A DNA stretch of 64,000 nt from the NCBI GenBank assembly GCA_040220235.1, contig JAVJTO010000006.1. One strand, 5' to 3'. Every line of letters begins with the position of its first letter. The stretch's first letter is position 1. The position numbers and the translations under genes are program-made. The DNA comes from Coleofasciculus sp. B1-GNL1-01. GTDB lineage: Bacteria; Cyanobacteriota; Cyanobacteriia; Cyanobacteriales; Coleofasciculaceae. Below the pieces are notes generated by a model. The model was not told where the DNA came from. It saw nothing but the letters and a program-made list of their open reading frames with translations, and did not search any database. Below, piece by piece: positions 51,676 to 62,592 of the stretch.

Positions 51676-52839
51676 TTATTTAGGTTGATAAATTTGGCGC
51701 AGTTCCTCAATTGTGTTTACGGCTGGTAGCGCTGCTAGAATTTCTCGTAACTGTTCCACATCCTGAATTTCCGAGATTTCGGCTAAAATATCTAACGGTT
51801 CGCTGCCAAACTTCAAGCTTAAACATATTTCTATACCTTCTAATAGTCCTTGCCGTATTCCCTCAGTCTTATGCCACAACTGACGCAGTTCCTCTAGAGT
51901 ATTTAGGGTTTTTAGTCCTGTAATAATTGCTCTTAAGTTTTCCACATTCTGAATTAGCAAAATTTCCGGTAATAGGTTTAACCCTTCCCTGCCAAATTTC
52001 AAGCCTAAGCCCAATTCAATTCCTGCCAACAGCCCTTCTCTGACTCCCTCTTGACGACCCTCTTGACGACCTTCTTGACGACCTTTTTGAATTCCAATCC
52101 TTTCCACACTGGTAATATAAGGCATTCTCCTTTCCTCCTCGTACTGACCTAATTCTGTCCAAAATTCCTTTTCCAACTCTTGCGGTAAGCTCATTACCCA
52201 GTCTATAAAATGGAATAACTTGATTATATCTTCTCGCTCATAGCCCCGTTCATACAATCCCCGAATTAGAGCCAGTTTTAATGATTTACGCTGAATTCTA
52301 TTATTTCTGGTTTCTTGGGCTTGTAAATGAGCCATGACGACGGTAGCAAAGGGATTGCGGGAAGTCTCTAGGATTGACCACCTCTGGGAATAGTCTAGCA
52401 ACTTCACCACGGGAAAGTTAAACTGAATCTCACTTGACCATAGCTGATAACCATACTGATTAGGTCTCCAGGTAGATCGTTCATCTCCCAAGATTGCTAA
52501 ACTGGCAACGTTTCGCTTATAACGGTCAAAAATGCGGTAATGGTAAACGAACATCCGTTCAGCAAAGTTCGTTTCTTCCTGGCTTTGAACTTCAATGTGG
52601 ATTAAAACCCACGCTTCTTCACCCGTGAGTAGGTAAACTTTTGCTAGCTTATCAGCTAAACGCCGCCCTAATTCAGCATCGCGCACCACTTGTTGCAGTT
52701 CTTTATCTAAAAATTCGTAACCTCGACTCCAATCAATTTCCGGCTGCGCTTCAGGTAAAAAGAAGGCGATGAAGTCTTCAAAGTAGTTTTCTATGGCGTC
52801 TTTCCAGGGGCTATCGTAATCGGTTGGAGTTGGCGTCAT
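51676..52839 (-). CDS. Rpn/YhgA-like PD-(D/E)XK nuclease (putative transposase family) with duplicated C-terminal domain
   Basis: DYDSPWK, FLDKEL, ADKL, IHIEVQ, ERMFVY and (GRQE)n repeats. Confidence 0.85.
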   Translation of the reverse strand: MTPTPTDYDSPWKDAIENYFEDFIAFFLPEAQPEIDWSRGYEFLDKELQQVVRDAELGRRLADKLAKVYLLTGEEAWVLIHIEVQSQEETNFAERMFVYHYRIFDRYKRNVASLAILGDERSTWRPNQYGYQLWSSEIQFNFPVVKLLDYSQRWSILETSRNPFATVVMAHLQAQETRNNRIQRKSLKLALIRGLYERGYEREDIIKLFHFIDWVMSLPQELEKEFWTELGQYEEERRMPYITSVERIGIQKGRQEGRQEGRQEGVREGLLAGIELGLGLKFGREGLNLLPEILLIQNVENLRAIITGLKTLNTLEELRQLWHKTEGIRQGLLEGIEICLSLKFGSEPLDILAEISEIQDVEQLREILAALPAVNTIEELRQIYQPK

Positions 52840-52934
52840 ACTTACAGCAGTTTTCAAGTTAGTGGCGGGAGGGCGGGTTTTGTTGTTCAGTTAATGGGAA
52901 CAAAGTGAATGAAGTCCCTAAACCCGCCCCTACA

Positions 52935-53026
52935 AATGACAAATGACGAATGACAAATGACGAATGACAAATGTACAAATGACAAATGACAAATGACAAA
53001 TGACAAATGACAAATGACGAATGACA
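52935..53026. repeat. STRR heptamer (AATGACA/AATGACG)n adjoining a GTAG element
   Basis: About 13 tandem units. Confidence 0.9.
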
Positions 53027-53040
53027 ACCTACTTATTTCC

Positions 53041-55185
53041 CTATTCCCTAAAGCAACGAATTAATTCTGCCACAGACCAAGCTTGAGCGATCGCGCCTTG
53101 GGGGAGATGGGGTTCGTCTCCATCGAAAATCTCGGAAATAGACCCAATACAGGCTTGATGCTGAAGGTGATCTAGCAAAGGTTTCCAGTCAAAGGGAAGC
53201 GGTTCTGTAGGGTAAAAACGTTTCCACGCCCGACAAAAGGGTCCAATCAGCCAACTCCAAACCGTTCCTTGGTGGTAAGCACTATCCCGATGCCAGCGAT
53301 CGCCATTATAATAACCAATGTACTCAGGGTCAGCCAGATCAAGGCTTCGCAAACCGTAGGGAGTCAACAAGCGATCGCGTGCTACTTGCAAAGCCTGTCG
53401 CCCTTGATTCTCTGCAAAGCCACAATGATACAGAGACAGCGCCACTACCGCATTGGGGCGAATTTGAGAATTGCGGTGATCATCGGGTTCTATGGTGTCA
53501 TAAAAGTATTTTTTATCGGAATTCCAAAACCGCTGCAACGACGTTTTTACCTGTTGTGCTTGCTGGATATAATGTTGAGCATGGTGCAACAAACGCACCC
53601 GATCCTTAACCGCCCCCGTTGCCATTTTTTCAGTCCATTTACCAATCCAACACAATGCTGAATACCAAAGCGCATTAATTTCAATTACTTTTCCCAGACG
53701 AGGTGTAATCGGTTGACCATCCAGCACCACATCCATCCAGGTAATCGCCACATCCGGCGCGTCCCAAGTTAGCAGTCCATCTACGGCGTCAACTTGAATA
53801 TTGTAACGAGTACCTGCCGTATAAGCTTTGTAGATTTTTCGCACCGTTGGATATTGCTCAATCAAAAAATCCCAATCTTGGGTGATTTCCAAATACAGTC
53901 CTAGAGTTTCCAGCCACCACAAAGACGCATCAATACTGTTATAAATCGGATCAGTCTCTGCATCGGGAAAGGTATTGGGAATTAAACCATCGCGACAATA
54001 ATTGCCAAAGGTTTTGAGTAGTCCCCTGGCTAACGTAAAACGTCCTGTCGCTAATGCCAATCCGGGCAAAGCAATCAGTGTATCTCGTCCCCAATCATTG
54101 AACCAAGGATAACCCGCCATCACCGTTGGGCTATTAATGGAAGCACACCAAGCAATAAACTGATCGCCAGCTTTGAGTAACTGACGCCAAGTCGTCTCCC
54201 ACTCATCTTCCCCAGCTCCCCCAGCTCCCCCAGCTTCCCCAGCTTCCCCAGCTTCCCCAGCTTCCCCAGCTCCCCCAGCTCCCCCAGCTCCCCCAGCTCC
54301 CCCAGCTTCCCTCGCTATAACCACTAACTGATTTTGTCGCTCTTTTTCCCCTTGCACCGCCGCCTCAAACACTTGAGCATTTAACTGGAGTGGTGCTGTA
54401 TCTTGAGGACATCCCACTCGTGCTTCTAACGTAACTGTTGCACCGGGTTCCAGAGAAATAGTAAGATAGCCAGGACTATAGAGATCTTCGCGATCGCCTA
54501 ACCCGCGCTGGTTTTCTTCAGGATAGTAGTAATTCCAATACCACAATTCATCCGGTTGATACTCCCCTACACTCCAACCTAACTGCCAAGGCGTACCCAC
54601 TTGATCCGAGCGCATGGCTTGCAGGTAAAGGCATTGATGTCCAACTAATTGAGAGAATTGTAAATTTTCTTCATCGAATTGCTGGTGATGAAAGTTGCGA
54701 TCGGCAATCAAGGGTCGTAACCTTAAGGTTGCTACCTCACTGCCTTGATAGCGATACTGAATCAGAATCCGATGACAAAATTCCCGTGTTTCCCTAGAGG
54801 CTTCCTCATCCTCAACTAACCCATAAGGCATAACCAGTTGGCGTGTCAATTGCCACTGCTGGTATCCCCAAACCCACTGAGGAACAGGATCAGTGTCAAA
54901 AGAGCGCAAAAATTGATAGCCTACCGGATCAATCGTCTTACCCCCATTCCAGAAATTGGTCGAAAGCGCCCAAATCTTACCCCCGATCTCTAGACTGGTA
55001 TCCAGATGAGAGAATAATAACGTCCGTTGTCGGGGCGGATCGAGGGCAGCAATCAACCAGCCGTGATAGGTACGAGTACGAGCATCACATACCGTACCAC
55101 TGGCAAAACTACCTAATCCATTCGTGAGCAGCCATTCCCGCCGATCCAGATAATGTACCACAACGTATTTCTCCCAACAGAACAC
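53041..55185 (-). CDS. Glycogen debranching enzyme (amylo-alpha-1,6-glucosidase)
   Basis: REWLLTNGLG, AGYPWFNDWGRDT, TWMD, YHQGTVW and QAWSVAE. The true start may be a GTG near 55160. Confidence 0.93.
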   Translation of the reverse strand: MFCWEKYVVVHYLDRREWLLTNGLGSFASGTVCDARTRTYHGWLIAALDPPRQRTLLFSHLDTSLEIGGKIWALSTNFWNGGKTIDPVGYQFLRSFDTDPVPQWVWGYQQWQLTRQLVMPYGLVEDEEASRETREFCHRILIQYRYQGSEVATLRLRPLIADRNFHHQQFDEENLQFSQLVGHQCLYLQAMRSDQVGTPWQLGWSVGEYQPDELWYWNYYYPEENQRGLGDREDLYSPGYLTISLEPGATVTLEARVGCPQDTAPLQLNAQVFEAAVQGEKERQNQLVVIAREAGGAGGAGGAGGAGEAGEAGEAGEAGGAGGAGEDEWETTWRQLLKAGDQFIAWCASINSPTVMAGYPWFNDWGRDTLIALPGLALATGRFTLARGLLKTFGNYCRDGLIPNTFPDAETDPIYNSIDASLWWLETLGLYLEITQDWDFLIEQYPTVRKIYKAYTAGTRYNIQVDAVDGLLTWDAPDVAITWMDVVLDGQPITPRLGKVIEINALWYSALCWIGKWTEKMATGAVKDRVRLLHHAQHYIQQAQQVKTSLQRFWNSDKKYFYDTIEPDDHRNSQIRPNAVVALSLYHCGFAENQGRQALQVARDRLLTPYGLRSLDLADPEYIGYYNGDRWHRDSAYHQGTVWSWLIGPFCRAWKRFYPTEPLPFDWKPLLDHLQHQACIGSISEIFDGDEPHLPQGAIAQAWSVAELIRCFRE

Positions 55186-55283
55186 CGAACCAGTTGTCGC
55201 AGAAGCTTTGGTATTGCTTTTACAGAGCTTCTCAAGCTTAAAAACCCAATACTGTTACTGGAAGTAGTCTAGTTTAGCGAATA

Positions 55284-55382
55284 ATGTGCCAGCCCCGTGT
55301 CTTAGTCGTTACCTCTTGTACTGGACAAAAGCGATTTAAATCTGAAAATCAGTTGACATTAGAGGATTTTAAGGATAAATGA
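55284..55382 (+). pseudogene. 32-codon N-terminal remnant MCQPRVLVVTSCTGQKRFKSENQLTLEDFKDK*
   Basis: Manual translation. Protein-like beta-strand plus SCxxxK motif, which from recall resembles N-termini of cyanobacterial DpdA/TGT-associated proteins. Confidence 0.5.
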
Positions 55383-55910
55383 GACTATCAGGATCTTCAG
55401 GAAGTCAATTGTAGGGGCGGGTTTAGACGCTTAATTTTGGTATATACCGATAACTTCAAAGGCAAAACCCGCCCTTATCGTCAACCGAGGCAATAGCATA
55501 TAACTATTTGAACCACGAGGGAGGAGAAAGAATAATTGCTTTAGATATAAATAGACAGTCGAGTAGGGCTGAATTGTTGGTCGAATAGAAACATAAGCAC
55601 AAAACTTTTAAGGTGCAAACTTTTTGATCATTGGATCAAACACAAAATATATAACGATATTCTCTTTGATACAGGGACAAGTAGCTGATGTTTGCCCGAA
55701 GAGGCGATCGCATAACTGGGATGAGACCTGTTCACGGAAGTTGATGCTGGAACAGCGCATGGGATTAACCAAACCCGTGCGTAAGTCCTAGTCGTTATGA
55801 CTATGGATTATGATATAGTCGTAACAGTTCGTAAACAATCTGTGTTGATTGACTAAAACTGATAAGCTATAGCGAACGCATACACCAAAGCATTCAAGGA
55901 GACTAATACT

Positions 55911-56504
55911 ATGGAAGGATGTCTGCGAGTTGGTCAACCTGCTCCTGACTTCAACGCGACGGCGGTCATCGATCAAGAATTTAAGACCATCAAACTGTCC
56001 GACTACCGGGGTCAATATGTAGTCATATTCTTCTATCCACTAGACTTCACCTTTGTCTGTCCCACAGAGATTACAGCATTTAGCGATCGCTTTAGTGAAT
56101 TTAAAGAAGTTGGGACTCAAGTTCTCGGCATCTCCGTGGACAGTGAATTCTCTCACCTCGCTTGGATTCAAACCGATCGCAAGAGTGGTGGTGTGGGTGA
56201 TCTCAATTATCCTCTAGTTTCTGACATCAAGAAAGAAATCAGTACCGCTTATAACGTTCTTGACCCCGATGCAGGTGTAGCCCTACGGGGATTGTTTATT
56301 ATCGACAAAGATGGTATTATTCAGCATTCAACGATCAATAACCTCTCTTTTGGTCGGAATGTAGATGAAGTGTTGCGGACTCTGAAAGCGATTCAATACG
56401 TTCAAGCGCATCCAGACGAAGTTTGCCCTCAAGGTTGGCAACCCGGTGATAAAACAATGGTTCCCGATCCCGTTAAGTCCAAAGTTTATTTCTCCGCCGT
56501 TTAA
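55911..56504 (+). CDS. 2-Cys peroxiredoxin
   Basis: [13 protein letters not shown] and EVCP motifs; AGGAG RBS. Confidence 0.97.
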   Translation: MEGCLRVGQPAPDFNATAVIDQEFKTIKLSDYRGQYVVIFFYPLDFTFVCPTEITAFSDRFSEFKEVGTQVLGISVDSEFSHLAWIQTDRKSGGVGDLNYPLVSDIKKEISTAYNVLDPDAGVALRGLFIIDKDGIIQHSTINNLSFGRNVDEVLRTLKAIQYVQAHPDEVCPQGWQPGDKTMVPDPVKSKVYFSAV

Positions 56505-56864
56505 CCTTTACCTCCCTACCCCCCTCGTTCCCCCCTTTTAGATCCCCCTTCAAAAGGGGGAAGCCTTATGATGCTTCGCTTTTGTTGCACGGGAGGAGGG
56601 GAGGAAGAAAGATGTTATATTCCAGACATAGCCAGCTACATTGTTTAATTAATAATTCCGGTTCCCCTTCTCCCTTGAAGGGAGAAGGGGTTAGGGGATG
56701 AGGGTGAAATGCTTGCCAGTATTGGTTTTCACCTTAAGTTGACACGGATGACCGACGTGCGCCCTTTGCCGTTATAACTGTTGTTGTAAAGGCTAGGACA
56801 GATTAAAAAACCATTTGCCATCTGCCTTTTACTATAAAATAAGTTGTTGGATCAGATTCAGCCA

Positions 56865-57401
56865 ATGCTAACATCAACTGACTTTAGGGGTTTATTCAAC
56901 GAGCGTTTTCTGCGTAATTTTTTTCCCATCCCTGCTACCAATCCGTTGAGATTAGGACAACTGACTCCGGATTTTGAACTACCGGATATTACCAATAATC
57001 GTCAGGTGAGATTATCCAGTTACCGAGAACAACAACCAGTTCTGCTGGCGTTTACCCGCATTTTTACCGAAAAGCAATATTGCCCCCTTTGCTATCCTCA
57101 TATTCAGGAAATGAATGAGAAATACGAGCAATTTACCCAACAGGGGGTAGAAGTATTAATGATCACAAGTACCGATCCTCAGCAAAGCAAAACTGTGGTC
57201 AAGGATTTAGGATTAAAAATGCCCCTGTTGAGTGATTCAAGTTGTCGCACTTTTCAAGCTTATCAAGTCGGTCAAGCACTGGGAGCACCTTTACCTGCTC
57301 AGTTTTTGCTCGATAAACAAGGTAAACTCCGCTTTAAACATTTGTTTTCTTTCTTATCGCCAAATGCTGAGATGGAGAAGCTACTTTCAAACCTTGAGTA
57401 G
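56865..57401 (+). CDS. AhpC/TSA peroxiredoxin-like protein
   Basis: PDFELPD and CPLC thioredoxin-fold motif. Confidence 0.85.
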   Translation: MLTSTDFRGLFNERFLRNFFPIPATNPLRLGQLTPDFELPDITNNRQVRLSSYREQQPVLLAFTRIFTEKQYCPLCYPHIQEMNEKYEQFTQQGVEVLMITSTDPQQSKTVVKDLGLKMPLLSDSSCRTFQAYQVGQALGAPLPAQFLLDKQGKLRFKHLFSFLSPNAEMEKLLSNLE

Positions 57402-57414
57402 TTTGTCTTATGTC

Positions 57415-57520
57415 AGGGAACAGGGAACAGGAAACAGGGAACAGGGAACAGGGAACGTTTTGAGTAAACTCCTCTATCTTCCCCCGCTTCCCCCGCTTCC
57501 CCCGCTTCCCCCGCTTCCCC
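57415..57520. repeat. STRR (AGGGAAC)n and 9-mer (CTTCCCCCG)n arrays
   Basis: Seen directly between convergent genes. Confidence 0.85.
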
Positions 57521-57530
57521 ATCTCTCCTT

Positions 57531-60500
57531 CTATCCTTTCCCCAGATGTTGACGCACTGGAATTTGGAGAACAAACTCGGTTCCCTGTCCTAAATTACTG
57601 CGGCAGAAAAGCTGACCCCCATGTCTTTCAACAACGATTTGATAGCTAATCGATAATCCTAAACCTGTCCCCGTCCCCACAGGTTTAGTTGTAAAGAAGG
57701 GATGGAACAGTTGTTGCTGAACTTCCTCCGTCATTCCGGGACCATTATCAATAATTCGGATCGCTACCTCTTGGTTATCTACAATTTCAGTCTGCACTCG
57801 AATTGTGCTAGGGTTGGCTTTAAGTTCGTCCAATGACCGCTTTTTGTTTTGCTCATCAATGGCATCAATGGCATTGACTAACAAATTCATAAACACTTGG
57901 TTAATCTGTCCGGCGTAACATTCAACCTTCGGCAGTTCACTGTAGGCTTTAATCACTTGAATACCCGGATTCTCGCCTCGTGCTTTGAGTCGGTTTCGCA
58001 GAATCATCAGGGTGCTATTAATCCCCTCATGAATATCTACGGCTTTCATTTCCGCTTCAGCGATACGAGAAAAATTCCGCAGGGAGTAGACAATTTCACA
58101 AATCCGCTCTGCTCCGACTTTCATCGAATCCAGCAGTTTAGGCAAGTCTTCTATCAAAAATTCCAGATCGATCGCGTCCATTTCAGACTGGATTTCGGGT
58201 GTGATCTGGGGATATTGCTGTTGATAGAGTTCGATTAACCCTAAAAGATCGGCAGCATAGTCACTGGCATGGACTAAATTACCATAAATAAAGTTAACTG
58301 GATTATTGATTTCATGGGCAACTCCCGCGACTAACTGCCCTAAGCTGGACATTTTTTCACTTTGCACCAACTGCGCTTGGGTTTTCTGGAGTTTGGCGAC
58401 AGTTTGCTCAAGCTGTTGAGCGTGAGTTAAGGCTTTGGCTTCCGCTTGGCGACTTTGTTCGTAGAGTTCCGCTTGTTGGAGTGCGATCGCTAATTGATCG
58501 GCGATGGTACAAATCAACTCCACCTCGGCGTCTTGCCAATTGTAGGCTCGATTATCCATCATCAGCCCTAGGGTACCCCAAACTGAGTTACCACAATGCA
58601 GAGGAACCAACAACCACGCCCCCGGAAACTGTTGGGCGACGGCTGTATTGGTGGCGTCTACAAAACAGCGGGTATCATTAATCCGCACTACTTCTAAGCG
58701 TTTGATTCGTTCAGTCAGGGGATTATTAGCATCAGGAATTTCCACCCCCAAGGCTTTGGGCAAACAGTCACCCCGACAGGACTCGGCGACATTCACCCAG
58801 AGTTGGCGTTCGGGCTTATGTTGGATAATTTGAGCGCGATCCACTTGCAGCAGGCTCTCAATTTCCTGGGTGGCGGTAGAAAAAATCGTTTGTAAGTCGA
58901 GCGAACAACGAATCCCATGAGTTAGGTGATTGATCGCTTGTTCTCGTTTGAGGTGATACTGAGCCTGATGGTACAGTTGACTTTGACCGATCGCGATCGC
59001 CACTTGGTCGGCAATGGCAGCGATTAATTTCACTTCTGAGTCTTGCCAGGAATCGGGATGACGGGTTTTGCCTAAGGTTAAACTCCCTAATATCTGAGAA
59101 TTAAAGTGTAAAGGAACCCATAACCAAGCTCCTGGAAAGTCTTGAGCTAAACCTTGGTTAAATGTACTCGTATCCTCGATGGGAATAATTTCTAATTGCT
59201 TGAGTCGTTCAGCCAAAGGATGATTTTGATCCGGAATTTCCTGTCCCAGTGTACTGCTATCCTCTCGAGAGCGGCGATATTCTGCCACCGATAACCAAGA
59301 CTGGCGTTCCGGCAAATATTGGACAATTTCCGCCCGATCCACGGGTAAGAGTTCGCCAATCTCTTGGACGGCTGTCTCGAAAACCGTGGTTACATCCAAC
59401 GAACGGCGGATGGCTTGAGTCACTTGATTGATCACTCGCTCTCGCCAGAACAGAGATTTTGCCTGTTCGTAGAGTTGGCTTTGTTGAATCGCGATCGCAA
59501 CCTGAGAGGCTAACCCGTCGAGTAAGTCAATCTCAAAGGATTGCCATTTTCGGGGTGCGCTACAGTGATGGGCAATTAGCAGTCCCCATAAGCGCGTTGG
59601 GCTTTGGCTGGGTGTTTTGACATCGGCTTGGGATTGTGAGGTAGGTAGGGGTTTGTTACTGTGGACAATTGGCACAACCAGGTTAGCCCGTACCTGGAAC
59701 TTGGCGAGTAAGTCAATATAACACTGGCTCAGATTAGCCGTATAGATATCGTCCAGGGTTCTGACTCGACCTTGTTGGTAGAGTGAGAGGTAGGTTTGTT
59801 CAAAACAAGGATCGTAGATGTGGTTGCCTAACATCGAACACCAGCGCGGATCGACGGATTCGACAACCACCTTGCCACTCCAGTCGGGATTGAAGCGTAA
59901 AATAATCACCCGATCAGTTTGCAGAACTTGTCGCACTTCCGCCACGGTGCGTTCGAGAATGTCCTCTAAATTCAGCGATTGACGGATGCGTTGAGTAATC
60001 GCCCTGACTAACTGCTCTCGCTGAACTTGTTGTCGCAGGGTTTCTTCGGCTTGTTGGCGTTGGTGGATTTCGGTTTGGGCTTGCTGATAGAGTTCCGATT
60101 GTTGAATGGCAATGGCGGTATGGGTGGAGAGCGTTTGCAGTAAGTCGATTTCCCAGGGTTGCCATTTTCGGGGGGTTTGGCACTGTTGAGCCACCAGCAA
60201 TCCCCACAAGCGCTCCTCATGAACAATGGGGATAACCAGGTTGGCTCTCACCTGGAATTGAGCTAATAATTCAATATGACAGTCAGTTAACTCAGCGTTA
60301 TAGATATCTTCGACGGATTGGACGCGCCCTTTTTGGTAAAGGTGGATATAGTCTTCGGCAAAGTAGCGATCGTTGATCACGGTTCCGGAAATCGGCTTCC
60401 AGTTCGCGTCAACGGATTCGACTTCCACGACACCACTCCCATCTCCATAGAGGCGAAAGACTAGCACGCGATCGCACATCAAAATTTGCCGCACTTCGGC

Positions 60501-61856
60501 GACGGTGGTGTTGAGAATCTCGTCTAAGTCTAAGGAATAGTGAATCCGTTGGGCGATCGCCCCAATTAACCGCTCCCGCAGATATTGCTGTTGCACGGCT
60601 GTTTCGGTTTGCTTGCGATCGGTAATATCGATGCAAGATCCGATATACCCTAAAAACTGACCACTAGGAGTAAATCGAGGCGTTCCTGTATCTAAAATCC
60701 AGCGATATTCTTGATCGGCTCGTCGCAAGCGATATTCCATACAAAAAGCTTGACGAGCATTAAACGCCTGCTGATACGTCTCTAAACAAGATGATAAGTC
60801 GTCAGAATGTACCCCCTCAGCCCAACCATTACCCAGTTCTTGTTCCAGAGTGCGTCCAGTAAACCGCAACCAGCCCTGATTAAAAAACGTACATAACCCA
60901 TCTGTACCGGACATCCATAACAACACAGGGGCATTATCTGCCATCGTGCGGAATCGGGCTTCACTCTCTTGCAGAATGTCTTGGGTGTATTTGTTATTAC
61001 TTAGTTGTTCCGTTGTTGGATCGGCTAGGCTCGGTGCTAACTGATCAGCCTCGGGTTGCAACTGGCGATTCGTGCTATCACGCAACCGATAAAGTATTGT
61101 TCCTCCCTGGATAGAAACTGGCTTAACATTAACCAATACAGTACGGGGTTTGCCTGTCTTATCGGTAATTTCTACTTCAACATTACGAACATTTCCCGCG
61201 ACAGCTAAAGCTTGCCAATTCCAGGGTAAGTTGCCCAGCAGGTGAGTAATATTACCCAGAGCGCGGACTTCCGACAAAGAATAACCAAAAATAGAGGTTA
61301 TATTAGGACAAATATAGGTAAAATCACCGCTGTCATTGGTGATTAAAACAGCTTCATTATTATTGCTCAGAGGAGTTGGGGGCGACGCTTGTGATTTAGC
61401 CGTCCTCATCTCTTCACAAACTAAGCTGATCACCGAACTTGAGGCAGTTATCGGAATCAAACGAATTCTTGCCTTAAGCCCGATCATCCTGCCATCTTTA
61501 CCAATGAACCGCGTTTCCCAGTGATGAATTTCAGTCGGATACTGGCTTAGATGAGTCAATAGGGCTTGATATCGGTATTGGCTTTCTGGATCAAAAAACC
61601 GATGAATTGGCTTTTGGACTAACTCCCAAAAATCATATCCCAAATAGGCGGCACCGAACTGACTTACATCCAAAATCACCCCATCAAAATTAAGGGTGAA
61701 ATAAATGCAGGGAAGTGTCTCATACAATATCCGCATCCATTTTAGTTGATCCGGACTATTGCCTGTCCATAATAATTTTCCAGGCTGATAATTCTTTTTC
61801 GCAATGTTCATCCATTGGGACTTTTTTAAATCGAATCTTTTCATAAGTTTACTCAT
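57531..61856 (-). CDS. PAS x3 - GAF x4 histidine kinase with two cyanobacteriochrome-type GAFs
   Basis: GAF motifs DRYF...CH and DPCF...CY; H-box AGVAHEINNP; FFTTKPVGTGTGLGL. Confidence 0.92.
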   Translation of the reverse strand: MSKLMKRFDLKKSQWMNIAKKNYQPGKLLWTGNSPDQLKWMRILYETLPCIYFTLNFDGVILDVSQFGAAYLGYDFWELVQKPIHRFFDPESQYRYQALLTHLSQYPTEIHHWETRFIGKDGRMIGLKARIRLIPITASSSVISLVCEEMRTAKSQASPPTPLSNNNEAVLITNDSGDFTYICPNITSIFGYSLSEVRALGNITHLLGNLPWNWQALAVAGNVRNVEVEITDKTGKPRTVLVNVKPVSIQGGTILYRLRDSTNRQLQPEADQLAPSLADPTTEQLSNNKYTQDILQESEARFRTMADNAPVLLWMSGTDGLCTFFNQGWLRFTGRTLEQELGNGWAEGVHSDDLSSCLETYQQAFNARQAFCMEYRLRRADQEYRWILDTGTPRFTPSGQFLGYIGSCIDITDRKQTETAVQQQYLRERLIGAIAQRIHYSLDLDEILNTTVAEVRQILMCDRVLVFRLYGDGSGVVEVESVDANWKPISGTVINDRYFAEDYIHLYQKGRVQSVEDIYNAELTDCHIELLAQFQVRANLVIPIVHEERLWGLLVAQQCQTPRKWQPWEIDLLQTLSTHTAIAIQQSELYQQAQTEIHQRQQAEETLRQQVQREQLVRAITQRIRQSLNLEDILERTVAEVRQVLQTDRVIILRFNPDWSGKVVVESVDPRWCSMLGNHIYDPCFEQTYLSLYQQGRVRTLDDIYTANLSQCYIDLLAKFQVRANLVVPIVHSNKPLPTSQSQADVKTPSQSPTRLWGLLIAHHCSAPRKWQSFEIDLLDGLASQVAIAIQQSQLYEQAKSLFWRERVINQVTQAIRRSLDVTTVFETAVQEIGELLPVDRAEIVQYLPERQSWLSVAEYRRSREDSSTLGQEIPDQNHPLAERLKQLEIIPIEDTSTFNQGLAQDFPGAWLWVPLHFNSQILGSLTLGKTRHPDSWQDSEVKLIAAIADQVAIAIGQSQLYHQAQYHLKREQAINHLTHGIRCSLDLQTIFSTATQEIESLLQVDRAQIIQHKPERQLWVNVAESCRGDCLPKALGVEIPDANNPLTERIKRLEVVRINDTRCFVDATNTAVAQQFPGAWLLVPLHCGNSVWGTLGLMMDNRAYNWQDAEVELICTIADQLAIALQQAELYEQSRQAEAKALTHAQQLEQTVAKLQKTQAQLVQSEKMSSLGQLVAGVAHEINNPVNFIYGNLVHASDYAADLLGLIELYQQQYPQITPEIQSEMDAIDLEFLIEDLPKLLDSMKVGAERICEIVYSLRNFSRIAEAEMKAVDIHEGINSTLMILRNRLKARGENPGIQVIKAYSELPKVECYAGQINQVFMNLLVNAIDAIDEQNKKRSLDELKANPSTIRVQTEIVDNQEVAIRIIDNGPGMTEEVQQQLFHPFFTTKPVGTGTGLGLSISYQIVVERHGGQLFCRSNLGQGTEFVLQIPVRQHLGKG

Positions 61857-62592
61857 GCCAATTCGATGATCAATTGAGGCATTTTCTCGATCATAACCCT
61901 CAAATTATTATTTATTTTTTCACCTTTAGAGGAATGGTTGTAAAAAATATTTAACTTTGACGGGAGATTTAGACAAGAGTTAGCCTCCTTCACCCATGTC
62001 AACTTCTAGACTAGCTCCGAAACCCTTTTCCCCTGTCTTCAGAGAAGCTAAAGCGCAGCGATTGTTCTTACCTGGTTATCGCTCGCCATTCATCTCTACT
62101 TTTTCTTTTTCCCAGACGCACTGATCTTGGTGATTGTATCATGTCAAACTTTGCCAATAAAAAAACACGGCTTGTTTCCGTCTCTCCAGATTCCTGCGTC
62201 CGTTTCTCATTCACAGGTTCAATTAGACATGATATGACAATGCATACAGTTTTTGGGCTATCTAATCATAAGCTAATACAAATTCCCATTACTGTGACGG
62301 AATCCATGAATAAGTTTAAAAAACGTTATAAATCCGTTACGTATTTTGATTTACTCTCCGGTTAAGTTTATTTATCTTTACCAAACCCCAAAGGAATGCA
62401 CCCTACATTCCTGTACTGCAAAGCCTTTTATTATATCATATCTGTCTAAACAGTTAGCCTTGCCTGGGAAAAATCCGGAGATGGGGGAGATGTTCACATT
62501 AGCGAAGCGGGGTGAAGTCCAGGAGTAAACTCACGCGCCATGCCCGACAAGCGAAGCGAGGGGTCAAAATTTACAACTCCCCCCACACCGCT

